Source of the DNA: Myxococcales bacterium
GTDB lineage: Bacteria > Myxococcota_A > Bradymonadia > REDH01
NCBI GenBank assembly: GCA_020633625.1
Contig: JACKDJ010000013.1
Span: 29,046-93,045 of the forward strand
DNA length: 64,000 nt
Reading direction: 5' to 3'
How positions within the stretch are numbered: the stretch's first letter is position 1; the number at the start of each line of letters is the position of its first letter. Below, one piece after another: positions 1-9,682 of the stretch. The notes beneath the pieces were generated by a model that was not told the DNA's origin, ran no database searches, and saw only the letters and a program-made list of their open reading frames with translations. The position numbers and the translations under genes are program-made.

Positions 1-1302
1 GCCGGCAGCGGGGAGGCCGTCCTCCCCCCCGGCGCGGCGCTCGCCGGATCCACGTCGGAGGTTTCTGCGCGGCTGACACTGGAGGGCGGCGGCGTAGCCA
101 TCCTCGCGGCCGACCCGACGCTGTTGGCCCTCGCGTCGCCGGCGCCACCCGTGGGCGAGGGCTGGCGGCTCGTCGCTGCGAGCGCCGGCGCCGGGTCGAT
201 GCGCATCCTGCTGCGGGGTGACGTCGGCAGCGGAGTCTCGGAACAAGACGCGCTCAGCGCACTGGAGGCCTGGCTGGGTCTCGCGACCGACCGCGACCCG
301 GGGAGTGACGAGGCCGACGGCGACGGGGAAGCTGGGATGCTGGTCGGCGGTGTCTTTGCGGCCCTGGAGTCGCGAAGCGGCGGGCAACAGACGCGCTGGG
401 CTGCAGCGTTGGTGCCGGCAGAGCGCGGCGCCGAGGGCGCGGTGAGAGCAGCGGATGCGGGAGCAGTGGCGCCTGGACCGGAGATGAGGATCCGGCGGGC
501 GTGCGCGACCTTCGACGCCGGCGATCGCGCGACGTCGGCGCCAGCCAGCGTCCTCGTCGCCGACACGAGCGCCGGAGAGCGCGTCGGCCTGCTCCAGAGC
601 GCAGACGCCGTGTTCCGCGGGCAGACCGCCGGGGGGGCAACGCCGGCGCTGATGATCCTCCCCGGCGACTCGCACCTCATCGCGGCGGCCGGGGTACCAC
701 TCCCGCCCGGGCCGCTCGGGTCGCGGGCGCAGGTCGAGGAGGCGCTGAACCACTCGGCGACCGGCCTGGCCGATCAGCGGCTCTGGTACAACCTCCGCGC
801 GTGGGTCGATCGTCGGGACGCCCCGATGGCCGCGGTCGTCGTTGGCCGACGCGAGGACACCGAGTTCCGGCTAGGCACCTCGAACGGGTTCGAGGGGCAC
901 CCGTACGCTGAGCCACTAGACGAGGGCGAGGCACGTGCGGCGCTGGTCCAGTTTTACGGGGAGACGCTGGGTGCCGCCGGGGTCCAGCTCGTCGCCATCC
1001 GCGCCGGAAGCTCGTGCGACGACGAGGCCGCTTCGCTGGCCGAGGTCGCGGGGGCGGCGAGCGGCGCTTTCTTCGACGGCTGTGCGGGCGGGCTCTCGTC
1101 CGACGATTGGACAGCCGCGGTCGCCGACGTCACGTCTCGCTGGGCGGCCATCGAGGTCTCGCGCCCCGTCGTGCCGGGGACCGTCGAGTTGGCCGGCGCA
1201 GTGCCCCGCTCGGCGTGGGACGAAGGGGACGTCGTGGGGCGTCCGATCGGACCGACGGTGGACGGGGCCGCAGCGTACATGTATTGGTCCGCCTCGGACT
1301 AG
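1..1302 (+). CDS. hypothetical protein, 5'-truncated by the window edge (C-terminal part only)
   Basis: Frame 1 is open from base 1 to the TAG at 1300-1302; the ORF track only begins it at TTG 124. The protein is Ala/Gly/Asp-rich with no motif I recognise. It lies 25 nt upstream of the next same-strand ORF. Confidence 0.4.
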   Translation, partial: AGSGEAVLPPGAALAGSTSEVSARLTLEGGGVAILAADPTLLALASPAPPVGEGWRLVAASAGAGSMRILLRGDVGSGVSEQDALSALEAWLGLATDRDPGSDEADGDGEAGMLVGGVFAALESRSGGQQTRWAAALVPAERGAEGAVRAADAGAVAPGPEMRIRRACATFDAGDRATSAPASVLVADTSAGERVGLLQSADAVFRGQTAGGATPALMILPGDSHLIAAAGVPLPPGPLGSRAQVEEALNHSATGLADQRLWYNLRAWVDRRDAPMAAVVVGRREDTEFRLGTSNGFEGHPYAEPLDEGEARAALVQFYGETLGAAGVQLVAIRAGSSCDDEAASLAEVAGAASGAFFDGCAGGLSSDDWTAAVADVTSRWAAIEVSRPVVPGTVELAGAVPRSAWDEGDVVGRPIGPTVDGAAAYMYWSASD

Positions 1303-1326
1303 CTGTGCTGACCACGGACCTGACCG

Positions 1327-2205
1327 GTGACGAGAGAGAGCTGGATGCGGTCGATTTCGGCCCAGACGACGCTGGTGCCGCTGTTAGTGTTGATTGCGTT
1401 CGCAACGCCTGCGCGCGCCGACGCACAGGTTCTGCCGGTGGTCGTGGACGCGACCGGCACGACCGAGGTCGCTTGGTGGGTTGGGGGCGACGAGCCGCGC
1501 GCCGAGTTCGTCGCGGCTCTCGTCGGTGCGGCGGGGTCAGCGCTGCTGGACCCCACGACCGCGAGGCCGACGACGGAGGTGAGTCGGGTGCTGCGCCGCG
1601 CGGACATCACGGACTCGAACGCGCGCAGTCTCGCTGGTCTCTACGGTGCGAGTGAGGTCCTGTGCGGCCGGGTGGAGCGGTCGACCGCCGGGTCCATCGC
1701 CTGGATCGGCGTCGACCGGTTCACGGTCCACGCGGCGTTGCGGTTGGTGGATGTGGCGAGCGGGGCGGTGCTCTGGGAGCTCGACGATGAGAGAGTGGGG
1801 TTCGGGAACGACGGTGCACACCGCGCGGCCGTCGCGATGGCCCACGCGGTCGCGGCGCGGCTGTCGCGGGCCGGCGCGGGCGGGCCGGTCGGTGTCGACT
1901 CGGACGTGCCTGTCGTGGTCGTCGAGAGTCCGTCGGGGGCACAGCCGTACATCGCGTTTCGCGGTGCCCTCGCCGACGAGGTGGTGGGCATCGTCGAAGT
2001 GACCGAGGTCTGGGCGTCCGAGGGACGGGTCGCGTTCGCGCTGCTGCTTGACGAGGGGGTGGCGCGCGACGACGTGTCGACCGCCCTGCAGCGGTTTCGT
2101 CAGTCGCCACCGTCGGGATTTCGCGTCGTCGGCTGGCATGACGACGCAGACGTCTTGCGCGTCCGCCTGGCGCCGGTGTTCGCGCCGGATGGCAGCTCGT
2201 GGTGA
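1327..2205 (+). CDS. secreted hypothetical protein
   Basis: N-terminal signal peptide 'TTLVPLLVLIAFATPARADAQ'. The stop overlaps the next gene's GTG start (2199/2205). No recognisable catalytic motif. Confidence 0.5.
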   Translation: MTRESWMRSISAQTTLVPLLVLIAFATPARADAQVLPVVVDATGTTEVAWWVGGDEPRAEFVAALVGAAGSALLDPTTARPTTEVSRVLRRADITDSNARSLAGLYGASEVLCGRVERSTAGSIAWIGVDRFTVHAALRLVDVASGAVLWELDDERVGFGNDGAHRAAVAMAHAVAARLSRAGAGGPVGVDSDVPVVVVESPSGAQPYIAFRGALADEVVGIVEVTEVWASEGRVAFALLLDEGVARDDVSTALQRFRQSPPSGFRVVGWHDDADVLRVRLAPVFAPDGSSW

Positions 2206-3212
2206 GGCGTCATCGGTCAGCGGGGTGGGCGGTAGCCCTGCTAGCGGTCCTCGTGGTGGTCCCCGGGTACGCGGCGGTGGAGGGGCGTGGGGCCGCGCTG
2301 TCGCTCTGCTATGACTCAGAGATCTCGGCGACGCACGCGGGGCTGCTGTGGGAGATCGCGAACGGCGGCGCCGATCGGGTCTCGCTGGTCGTGGAGTGGA
2401 GCCAGCGCGACGTCACCGCGAGCTCTCTCCACCGCAGCGAGACGACTCCGACCGATGAAGTCGTGCGGGCGGCGATCCGGGATGCACACGCGCTGGGGCT
2501 GAAGGTCCTCCTGTTCCCGATCGTCGCGCTGGATGCCCGCGCCGCTGGCGACTGGCGGGGCGTGCTGCGCCCGGCGTCGCCGCCGGAGTGGTTCGCGTCG
2601 TACGGCCAGTACGTAGCTCACTACGCAAGGATCGCCGCGGAAGAAGATGCCGAATCGTTCAGCGTCGGCTCGGAGCTGGGGTCGCTGGAGCACCGCGATG
2701 CGGAGTGGCGGACTTTGATCGCCGATGTGCGAGAGATCTATGGTGGCGAGCTGACTTACAGTGCAAACTGGGACCACTACTTTAATACTCCGTTCTGGGA
2801 CGATCTCGATGTTGCGGGGATCACGGCGTACTACGAGCTCGCAGATGGGGCCGAACGGCCGAGCGTCGAGGTCATGACGGAGCGGTTCGGTCAGTTCTGG
2901 GAGGCGGTCTCCGTGTTCTCCGAGGGTGTCGGTCGTCCGGTGATGGTGACGGAGGCCGGGTACGTGTCACAGCCGTCGGCTGCCGCCCGACCGTGGGATC
3001 ATACGTCGGACGGAGATGTGGACCTGGCGCTCCAATCCGCCTGCTGGGAGGCGTTCGTGCGATCGTTGGCAGATGTGCGCGGCGTACGGGCGGCCTACGT
3101 CTGGAACTGGTTCGGCGGCGGTGGGCCCACCGACAACGGGTACACGGTCCGGGGAAAGCCGGCGGCGGCGGCGGTCGAGGCCTGGTGGCGCGGCGAGGAG
3201 GGGGCGCGATGA
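2199..3212 (+). CDS. putative secreted or anchored TIM-barrel glycoside hydrolase (clan GH-A-like)
   Basis: N-terminal hydrophobic segment 'WAVALLAVLVVVPGYAA'. The spacing of 'FSVGSELG' (candidate acid/base Glu) and 'VMVTEAGY' (candidate nucleophile Glu), plus 'YSANWDHY', is typical of 4/7-superfamily glycosidases. Family not assignable by eye. Confidence 0.5.
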   Translation: MVRRHRSAGWAVALLAVLVVVPGYAAVEGRGAALSLCYDSEISATHAGLLWEIANGGADRVSLVVEWSQRDVTASSLHRSETTPTDEVVRAAIRDAHALGLKVLLFPIVALDARAAGDWRGVLRPASPPEWFASYGQYVAHYARIAAEEDAESFSVGSELGSLEHRDAEWRTLIADVREIYGGELTYSANWDHYFNTPFWDDLDVAGITAYYELADGAERPSVEVMTERFGQFWEAVSVFSEGVGRPVMVTEAGYVSQPSAAARPWDHTSDGDVDLALQSACWEAFVRSLADVRGVRAAYVWNWFGGGGPTDNGYTVRGKPAAAAVEAWWRGEEGAR

Positions 3213-4087
3213 GAGCGCTGGTCGTTCAGAAGGTGGCGAAGCTGGACGTGCTGCGCGCGCGCTCGCCCGAGCGGGTCGAGCAGCTCGCATCGGCCGACGC
3301 GGGGATCTTTGCCGCGATGTCCGACGCGTCGGCTCAGCAGACGGCGGCCAACGCCGAGGTCGTCGAGACGTTGAGCAGGCTCGGGGTGGAGGCGAGGCAC
3401 ATCACGCGCGACGACCTCGACGGCGTCCCGGACGGGACCGATCTCGTCATCGCGGTCGGCGGCGACGGGACGATGCTCGATGTGTCGCACTGGGTGGATT
3501 CGACCCCGCTGCTCGGGGTGAACTCGGATCCTTCGCGATCGGTCGGGTACTTCTGCGCGTGCGATGCGGCCGGCTTGGAGCGCGTTGTGGAGCGGTTCCT
3601 TCGGGGGGAGAGCGACGTTCGGGTTCTCCACCGTATCGCGCTGACGGTCGACGGGACGCGTCTGCCGATGCCGTGCATGAACGACTTGCTGGTGACGAAC
3701 TCGAACCCGGCGATGATGTCTCGGTATGTGATCACGTCGGGTGAGCGGTCCGAGACCCACGCGTCGAGCGGGGTGTGGATCAGCACGCCGGCCGGGTCGA
3801 CGGCGGGAATTCGGTCGGCGGGCGGAACGGTGATGCCGCTGCAAGGCGCGTTGATGCAGTACCTGGTGCGGGAGCCGTACACGACAGGTCTCGCGCGGTA
3901 CCCGCTGCTGCGCGGCGTACGACACCTGTCGGAGGGCCTGGCGATTCGGAGCCTGATGGACGACGGGAGAGTCTACGTAGACGGACCGTACATCTCGATC
4001 CCGTTCCCGCTGGGGTCGACGCTCGCGCTCGGCGAGGGCCCGCGACTGCGGGTGGTCGACATGGACGTGGATCGGCGCGAGCGTTGA
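3209..4087 (+). CDS. nadK: NAD kinase
   Basis: 'DLVIAVGGDGTMLD' (GGDG motif) and 'NDLLV', 'GVWISTPAGSTAG' (NAD kinase signatures). ATG 3209 overlaps the upstream stop (ATGA). The ORF-track start at 2993 would overlap the upstream gene by 220 nt and adds Arg-rich junk. Confidence 0.85.
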   Translation: MRALVVQKVAKLDVLRARSPERVEQLASADAGIFAAMSDASAQQTAANAEVVETLSRLGVEARHITRDDLDGVPDGTDLVIAVGGDGTMLDVSHWVDSTPLLGVNSDPSRSVGYFCACDAAGLERVVERFLRGESDVRVLHRIALTVDGTRLPMPCMNDLLVTNSNPAMMSRYVITSGERSETHASSGVWISTPAGSTAGIRSAGGTVMPLQGALMQYLVREPYTTGLARYPLLRGVRHLSEGLAIRSLMDDGRVYVDGPYISIPFPLGSTLALGEGPRLRVVDMDVDRRER

Positions 4088-4173
4088 CCCGCGGAAGTTT
4101 GACGTCGCGGTGGTGCCGCGTAGTGTCGGCGTGGGCTCGGCGCGGTGCCGGACCTACAGCCGGGTCAAGACGC

Positions 4174-4662
4174 ATGGCATCGGGTCGACGCAAGAGTCAG
4201 AGCACGACGGGCGCTGGGTTTTACACGGCGGTGCTCGCCGTGGGGGCGCTGGCGGCGATGTTCGTCGCTGGCTTTCGGCTGGGGCAGACGATGCCGGACG
4301 CGGATCTGACTCCGGGTTTCGCGGAGCAGCTCATGCCGTCGCACCGGGAGGCGATCGAGGCGCCGGATCTCGAGATCCCGCGCCGGGTCGTCGAGCCCGA
4401 GGAGTTCACGTTCTACGAGCCGCGCCCGGCGCGTGAGCCAGCGCCGGCGGTGGCGCCCGAGGCGGCGCCGGTGGTCGCCCCCGTGATCGCCCCGGTTGTC
4501 GTCGAGCCGGGGCCGGCTGACGACGCGGCGCCGGCGGTCGGCGCGGAGGAGAGCGCGCGTGTCCTGGAGCGGACGCCCGTGGTCGTGGAGCCGACACCGA
4601 CGCAATCGCCGGAGCGCTTCGAGCGGGTCGCGGTGGTGGTGTCGGAGCCGCCGGCGGAGTGA
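4174..4662 (+). CDS. membrane-anchored Pro/Ala/Val-rich hypothetical protein
   Basis: ATG 4174 gives 'MASGRRKSQSTTGAGFYTAVLAVGALAAMFVAGF' (one TM helix) followed by a PAPAV-type low-complexity tail. Upstream part of the ORF (from 3775) overlaps nadK. Confidence 0.45.
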   Translation: MASGRRKSQSTTGAGFYTAVLAVGALAAMFVAGFRLGQTMPDADLTPGFAEQLMPSHREAIEAPDLEIPRRVVEPEEFTFYEPRPAREPAPAVAPEAAPVVAPVIAPVVVEPGPADDAAPAVGAEESARVLERTPVVVEPTPTQSPERFERVAVVVSEPPAE

Positions 4663-4757
4663 TGCCGTCGGCGAAGGGCGCGCGGTCCTTGTGTCGTGGG
4701 TGGCCAAGGGTTAGGTTCGCGCGACAACGCGTCTCGCGTTTGACTGGAGGTAGTTCG

Positions 4758-5483
4758 ATGGGTCGCAGCTCTCTGATCGTCGCCGCCGCCCTGGCCGGTG
4801 TGTCGGCGGGGTGTGGGGGTAACCAAGAGACGGGCGAAGCGGACGCGGCGAGCACGAGCGCATGCCAGGCGCTTCGGAACGCCGTGGTGTTGCCGGTCGA
4901 TGGGTTCGACTATCTCGTCTATCCGCGGGACACGAACGGCGACTGCGCGACCGACCTCTGGCGCCTCTACGACGTCGTCGATGACGACGGGAACGTGCTG
5001 ATCGGCGCGGCGGCATACCGCGATCCCGCGAACTCGCGCATCGTTCATTCGAACCGGCGCATCCGGCAGCAGTGGCTGGATCTGAACCTGGACGGCTACG
5101 TCGATGTCGTGAGGTATTACGACGCGCTCGAGCGCTTGGAGCGTGTCGAGTACGACACGAACTACGACCAGAACATCGACCTCAGCGAGACGTACGCAGA
5201 GGGGCGACTCGTCAGTCGAAGCGTCGACACGCAAGGCGACGACACGACCGACGTGTTCCGGTACTACCGGGATCAGGAAGTGTTCCGCATCGAGGTCGAC
5301 ACCGACGGCGACGGCGTGAAGGATGCTTGGCACTTCTACGACTCCGACGGGCTCGCCCGCATCGGCCGCGACACCGACGGCGATGGGGACATCGACACGT
5401 GGGAGCGGCGGTCGATGGTGCGCACGTCGGGCAGCGCGAGCCCCGACGGGCCGACCGCGCCGGAGGGGTCCGGGGACGAGTAG
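4758..5483 (+). CDS. lipoprotein with repeated Asp-rich Ca-binding-like motifs (DxDGDG)
   Basis: GGAGG at 4746-4750 sits 7 nt before ATG 4758. Lipobox 'LAGVSAGC'. Repeated 'DLNLDGYVD', 'DTDGDGVKD', 'DTDGDGDID' separated by 'RYY/FY' beta-hairpin-like segments. Confidence 0.6.
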   Translation: MGRSSLIVAAALAGVSAGCGGNQETGEADAASTSACQALRNAVVLPVDGFDYLVYPRDTNGDCATDLWRLYDVVDDDGNVLIGAAAYRDPANSRIVHSNRRIRQQWLDLNLDGYVDVVRYYDALERLERVEYDTNYDQNIDLSETYAEGRLVSRSVDTQGDDTTDVFRYYRDQEVFRIEVDTDGDGVKDAWHFYDSDGLARIGRDTDGDGDIDTWERRSMVRTSGSASPDGPTAPEGSGDE

Positions 5484-5500
5484 ACCGGTGTGGGGTCGCG

Positions 5501-5529
5501 TTGACACCGTAGACCCGCACGCCTAGGGT
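5501..5529 (+). promoter_or_regulatory. candidate sigma70-type promoter for lepA (TTGACA-N17-TAGGGT)
   Basis: TTGACA at 5501-5506, a 17-nt spacer and TAGGGT at 5524-5529. It lies in the 75-nt gap between the lipoprotein stop (5483) and the lepA ATG (5559). Confidence 0.35.
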
Positions 5530-5558
5530 CCGCGCGACCTCGCCACGGCGCCCCCGCG

Positions 5559-7358
5559 ATGACCCAAGAACTCGTTCGCAACTTCTCGATCATCGCGCAC
5601 ATCGACCACGGGAAGTCGACGCTCGCCGACCGGCTCCTCGAGCTGACGAACTCGCTGAGCGAGCGCGAGCGTCGAGACCAGTTCCTCGACAACATGGAGC
5701 TGGAGCGGGAGCGGGGCATCACCATCAAGGCGCAGGCGGTGCGGCTACGATACCCCGCCCGCGACGGGCGGACGTACACGATGAACCTCATCGACACGCC
5801 CGGCCACGTCGACTTCAACTACGAGGTCAGCCGCAGTCTCGCTGCGTGCGAAGGCGCGCTGCTCGTCGTCGACGCGACCCAGGGCGTGGAGGCCCAGACC
5901 GTCGCGAACGTCTACCTCGCGATCGAGAACGACCTCGAGATCATCCCCGTCATCAACAAGATCGACCTCCCCAGCGCAGACGTCGACCGCGCGCGGGAAG
6001 AGGTCGAGGACGTGATCGGGATCGACGCGACCGACGCGGTCGCGTGCTCCGGAAAGACCGGCGTTGGCGTCCTCGACGTGCTCGAGGCCATCGCGATGCG
6101 CGTGCCGCCGCCGACCGGCGACCCGAACGCACCGCTGCAGGCGCTGATCTTCGATTCCTGGTTCGACGCGTACCGCGGAGTCACGACGATGGTCCGGGTC
6201 GTCCACGGTCGGGTCCGGAAGGGCGACCTGATTCGCCTGATGGCGACGCGCGCGGAGGCGGAGGTCCAGCAGGTGGGTGTCTTCGCGCCGTTCTCCACCC
6301 CCGTCGACGAGCTCGCGGCCGGAGACGTCGGGTTCGTCGTCTCGGGGATCAAAGAGGTCCGGCACACCAAGATTGGCGACACGATCACGCACGCACATCG
6401 CCCCGCGCCCGAGCGTCTGGCCGGCTTTCAGGACGTGAAGCCGAACGTCTTCTGCGGCATCTTCCCGATCGACTCGAAGGACTACGACGAGCTGCGCGAC
6501 GCGCTCGAGAAGCTCCAGCTCAACGACGCTGCGTTGAGCTGGGAGCCGGAGACGTCGCAGGCGCTCGGCTTCGGGTTTCGGTGCGGCTTCCTCGGTCTGT
6601 TGCACATGGAGATCGTGCAAGAGCGGCTCGAGCGTGAGTACGATCTGGACCTCATCTCGACAGCCCCGACGGTCGTCTACAGGGTAGAGACGAACGCGGG
6701 CGAGGAGCTGATGGTCGAGAACCCGAGTCGGTTGCCCGACCCAGTCGACATCGCGTCGTTCGACGAGCCTTGGATCCGCGCACAGATCCACGTGAGCCCG
6801 GAGTTCGTCGGCGCGGTCATCGCGCTCTGCGAGGAGCGCCGAGGTCGCCAGACAGACATCGGCTACCTCGGCACGCGCCGGATGCAGCTCCGATACGAGC
6901 TCCCGCTCGCGGAGATCGTGTTCGACTTCTTCGACCGGCTGAAGTCGGTCAGCAAGGGCTACGCGTCGTTCGACTACGAGATGCTCGGCTATCGTCCCGG
7001 CACGCTGGTTCGGCTCGACGTCCTCGTGAACGGCGAGCCGGTCGACGCGCTCTCGATCATCACGCACCGCGACACTGCGTACCACCGCGGGCGGGCGCTG
7101 TGCGCGAAGCTCAAGGAGCTGATCCCGCGGCAGCAGTTCGAGGTCCCCATCCAGGCCGCGATCGGGACAAAGGTGATCGCCCGCGAGACGATCCGCGGCG
7201 TCCGAAAGAACGTCCTCGCCAAGTGCTACGGCGGCGACATCACTCGAAAGCGGAAGCTCCTCGAGAAGCAGAAGGAGGGGAAGAAGCGGATGAAGCAGAT
7301 CGGGAGCGTCGAGATCCCGCAAGAGGCGTTCCTCGCCGTGCTCAAGGTCAACGATTGA
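5559..7358 (+). CDS. lepA: translation elongation factor 4 (LepA)
   Basis: '[19 protein letters not shown]', 'DTPGHVDF', 'NKIDL' GTPase motifs. LepA-specific C-terminus '[25 protein letters not shown]'. 599 aa. Confidence 0.97.
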   Translation: MTQELVRNFSIIAHIDHGKSTLADRLLELTNSLSERERRDQFLDNMELERERGITIKAQAVRLRYPARDGRTYTMNLIDTPGHVDFNYEVSRSLAACEGALLVVDATQGVEAQTVANVYLAIENDLEIIPVINKIDLPSADVDRAREEVEDVIGIDATDAVACSGKTGVGVLDVLEAIAMRVPPPTGDPNAPLQALIFDSWFDAYRGVTTMVRVVHGRVRKGDLIRLMATRAEAEVQQVGVFAPFSTPVDELAAGDVGFVVSGIKEVRHTKIGDTITHAHRPAPERLAGFQDVKPNVFCGIFPIDSKDYDELRDALEKLQLNDAALSWEPETSQALGFGFRCGFLGLLHMEIVQERLEREYDLDLISTAPTVVYRVETNAGEELMVENPSRLPDPVDIASFDEPWIRAQIHVSPEFVGAVIALCEERRGRQTDIGYLGTRRMQLRYELPLAEIVFDFFDRLKSVSKGYASFDYEMLGYRPGTLVRLDVLVNGEPVDALSIITHRDTAYHRGRALCAKLKELIPRQQFEVPIQAAIGTKVIARETIRGVRKNVLAKCYGGDITRKRKLLEKQKEGKKRMKQIGSVEIPQEAFLAVLKVND

Positions 7359-8512
7359 GTGCGCTGAGCGAAGCGCGGGACCTCCTCAAGGAGTCACGGC
7401 AGCTGCTCGCGAAGGGGAAGCCCGCCGACGCTGCGCGCGCCGAGATCGACGCTGCCGTCGCCCGGCTCGAGGCGGCGATCGCTGCTGGCGAGCGGCCCGA
7501 GGTCGACGACGCGTCCAAGGCGTTGGACGCGGTGCTGACGACGCACCTCGGAACCCTTCGGAAGTCGCGTATCCGCGAGTACGCGGAGTCCATCGGCGTG
7601 GCGGTGCTCTTCGCGCTGACGCTCCGCGGCTTCCTGTTCGAGCCGTTTCAAATCCCGTCCGGGTCGATGGAGCCGACGCTGCTCGTTGGCGATCACCTGT
7701 TTGTAGCGAAGGCAGCGTACGGCGTGCGGCTGCCGTTCACGACTCGCTACCTGTACCGCTGGTCCGACGTGTCGCGGGGGGACATCATCGTGTTCCTGTT
7801 CCCTGTCGACGAGGTCGGCACGCAGCTCAGCATCACGGAAGCGAGCCGTCGCATCGAGACGTACCGCGCGCGAAACGGTGGCTACCCTGCGACTCTGGAT
7901 GCCGCGGGCGTCCCGTCTGGGGCGCGCGTCGACGCCTGGGGCCGCCCGTTCGACTACGCCCTTCAGGGCGAGGGCTATCGGTACCGCTCGGCGGGCGCCG
8001 ACGGGGACCCCGGAACGGCGGATGACATCGACGCAACGAACGCGGCATTCCGCGGGGGGATCGGGTGCCTCGCGACGGGCTGGGAAGACCCGAAGGACTA
8101 CATCAAGCGCGTGGTCGGGCTTCCCGGCGACCGCATCGAGCTCCGGGACGACGTGCTCTACGTCAACGGCGCAGCGATCCCACGCGACGACGTGCACGTC
8201 ATCGCCTCGGGGGTCAGCGGTAGACCGACCGTCCAGGCGTCGGAGCACATGGAAGGCGGGCCAGACTACACGACGTGGTCTCTCGGCATGTCGCCGGACT
8301 TCGACGAGATCACGGTCCGAGAGGGCCACGTCTTCGTGATGGGCGACAGCCGCGACAACAGCTCGGACGGACGGTGCTGGGGGCAGGTGCCCGTCGACAA
8401 CATCAAGGGACGCGCGATGTTCATGTTCTACAGCCGGGACCGGCGGCCAGTCGGCGCTGGCGAGGGGGCAGGGCAGGTGCGCTGGTCACGCTTCTTCGAA
8501 ACGGTGCGGTGA
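7355..8512 (+). CDS. lepB: signal peptidase I (S26) with an inserted GspG-like module
   Basis: S26 boxes 'PSGSMEPTL', 'RGDIIVF', '[14 protein letters not shown]', '[16 protein letters not shown]'. The lepA-lepB order is classical. Start taken as in-frame TTG 7355, overlapping the lepA stop (uncertain). The ORF-track start 6770 lies inside lepA. Confidence 0.9.
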   Translation: MSALSEARDLLKESRQLLAKGKPADAARAEIDAAVARLEAAIAAGERPEVDDASKALDAVLTTHLGTLRKSRIREYAESIGVAVLFALTLRGFLFEPFQIPSGSMEPTLLVGDHLFVAKAAYGVRLPFTTRYLYRWSDVSRGDIIVFLFPVDEVGTQLSITEASRRIETYRARNGGYPATLDAAGVPSGARVDAWGRPFDYALQGEGYRYRSAGADGDPGTADDIDATNAAFRGGIGCLATGWEDPKDYIKRVVGLPGDRIELRDDVLYVNGAAIPRDDVHVIASGVSGRPTVQASEHMEGGPDYTTWSLGMSPDFDEITVREGHVFVMGDSRDNSSDGRCWGQVPVDNIKGRAMFMFYSRDRRPVGAGEGAGQVRWSRFFETVR

Positions 8513-8516
8513 AGCC

Positions 8517-9680
8517 ATGGTTCGGACGCCCTGCATGCTCGTCCTCGCGGACGGTTCCTGGTTCTCCGGCGACGCGTTCGGCGCGGCGCGCGAGGCCGTC
8601 GGCGAGGTGGTCTTCAACACGTCGATGTCGGGCTACCAGGAGATCCTGACCGATCCGTCCTACCGCGGGCAGATCGTGACGATGACGTCGCCTCACATCG
8701 GGAACTACGGTGTGAACGAGCTCGACGTCGAGTCCGACGGGGTCCAGGTGGCAGCGCTCGTCGTGCGTGAGGTGTCGCGAGCGCGGTCGAACTACCGCTC
8801 GACGGCGACGCTCCCCGAGTACCTCGCGGCCGCCGGGGTCCCCGCGATCACCGGCATCGACACGCGCGCGCTCACGCGCCGCATCCGCGACGAGGGGACG
8901 ATCATGGGGGTCGTCGCCGTGGGCGCGACGCCGGCCGACGCCGAGCGCCTCGCCGCGCAGGTGCGCTCCGCTCCGGCCTATGAGTCATACGACTATGTGG
9001 CCGGGTGCAGCGTCCGCGCGCCGATGATCGTGCGACTGCGCGAGACGGGCGACGTCTACTGTCCGACCGTCGCCTCGATGGTGCCGGCGAGCGAGGGCTG
9101 GACGGCGGCCGAGGCATCCGCGCCGCTGGTCGTCGTCGTCGACTTCGGCGTAAAGCGTAGCATTCTGCGGATGCTCGCCGCACAGGGGCTCCGCGTGCTC
9201 GTCGTCCCGCACGACACGCCTGCGGCCGAGGTCCTGCAGCGCGAGCCCGCGGGGGTGTTGCTCTCCAACGGCCCCGGCGACCCGGGACGCATGGACACTG
9301 CCGTCGCGACGGTGCAGGGGTTGCTCGGCGCCACGCCGTTGTTCGGGATCTGCCTCGGCCACCAGCTCCTCGGCCGCGCGCTCGGTGGCGAGACGTTCAA
9401 GCTCAAGTTCGGCCACCGGGGCCCGAACCAGCCCGTCAAGGACGCGGCGACCGGTCGCGTGGAGATCACGTCGCAGAACCACGGCTTCGCGGTTCGGCTT
9501 GACGGGTCCGCGAGCGACATCCAGGTTAGCTACTCGAACCTGAACGATGGCACCGTCGAGGGGCTATCGGTGCCGCGTCTTCGCGCCTTTAGCGTCCAGC
9601 ATCATCCGGAAGCTGGCCCGGGCCCCCACGACGCGTCGATCATGTTCGAGCGGTTCCGGGCGGTGGTGTCGGCGACGTAA
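8517..9680 (+). CDS. carA: carbamoyl-phosphate synthase small (glutaminase) subunit
   Basis: 'GEVVFNTSMSGYQEILTDPSY' and 'SPHIGNYG'. Class-I amidotransferase triad region 'GICLGHQLL' ... 'VQHHPEA'. Confidence 0.95.
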   Translation: MVRTPCMLVLADGSWFSGDAFGAAREAVGEVVFNTSMSGYQEILTDPSYRGQIVTMTSPHIGNYGVNELDVESDGVQVAALVVREVSRARSNYRSTATLPEYLAAAGVPAITGIDTRALTRRIRDEGTIMGVVAVGATPADAERLAAQVRSAPAYESYDYVAGCSVRAPMIVRLRETGDVYCPTVASMVPASEGWTAAEASAPLVVVVDFGVKRSILRMLAAQGLRVLVVPHDTPAAEVLQREPAGVLLSNGPGDPGRMDTAVATVQGLLGATPLFGICLGHQLLGRALGGETFKLKFGHRGPNQPVKDAATGRVEITSQNHGFAVRLDGSASDIQVSYSNLNDGTVEGLSVPRLRAFSVQHHPEAGPGPHDASIMFERFRAVVSAT

Positions 9681-9682
9681 GA

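Noticed and set aside
2993-3208. The ORF-track N-terminal extension of the NAD kinase ORF. Similar upstream extensions exist for lepB (6770-7354), xerC (20956-21147), hslV (21261-22139), rimI (32210-32623) and trmFO (19517-19648).
   Set aside because: The extensions overlap the preceding genes extensively and encode Arg/Gly-rich junk. Downstream starts with RBS-like GGAG/AGGAGG or ATGA/GTGA coupling give proteins of canonical length.
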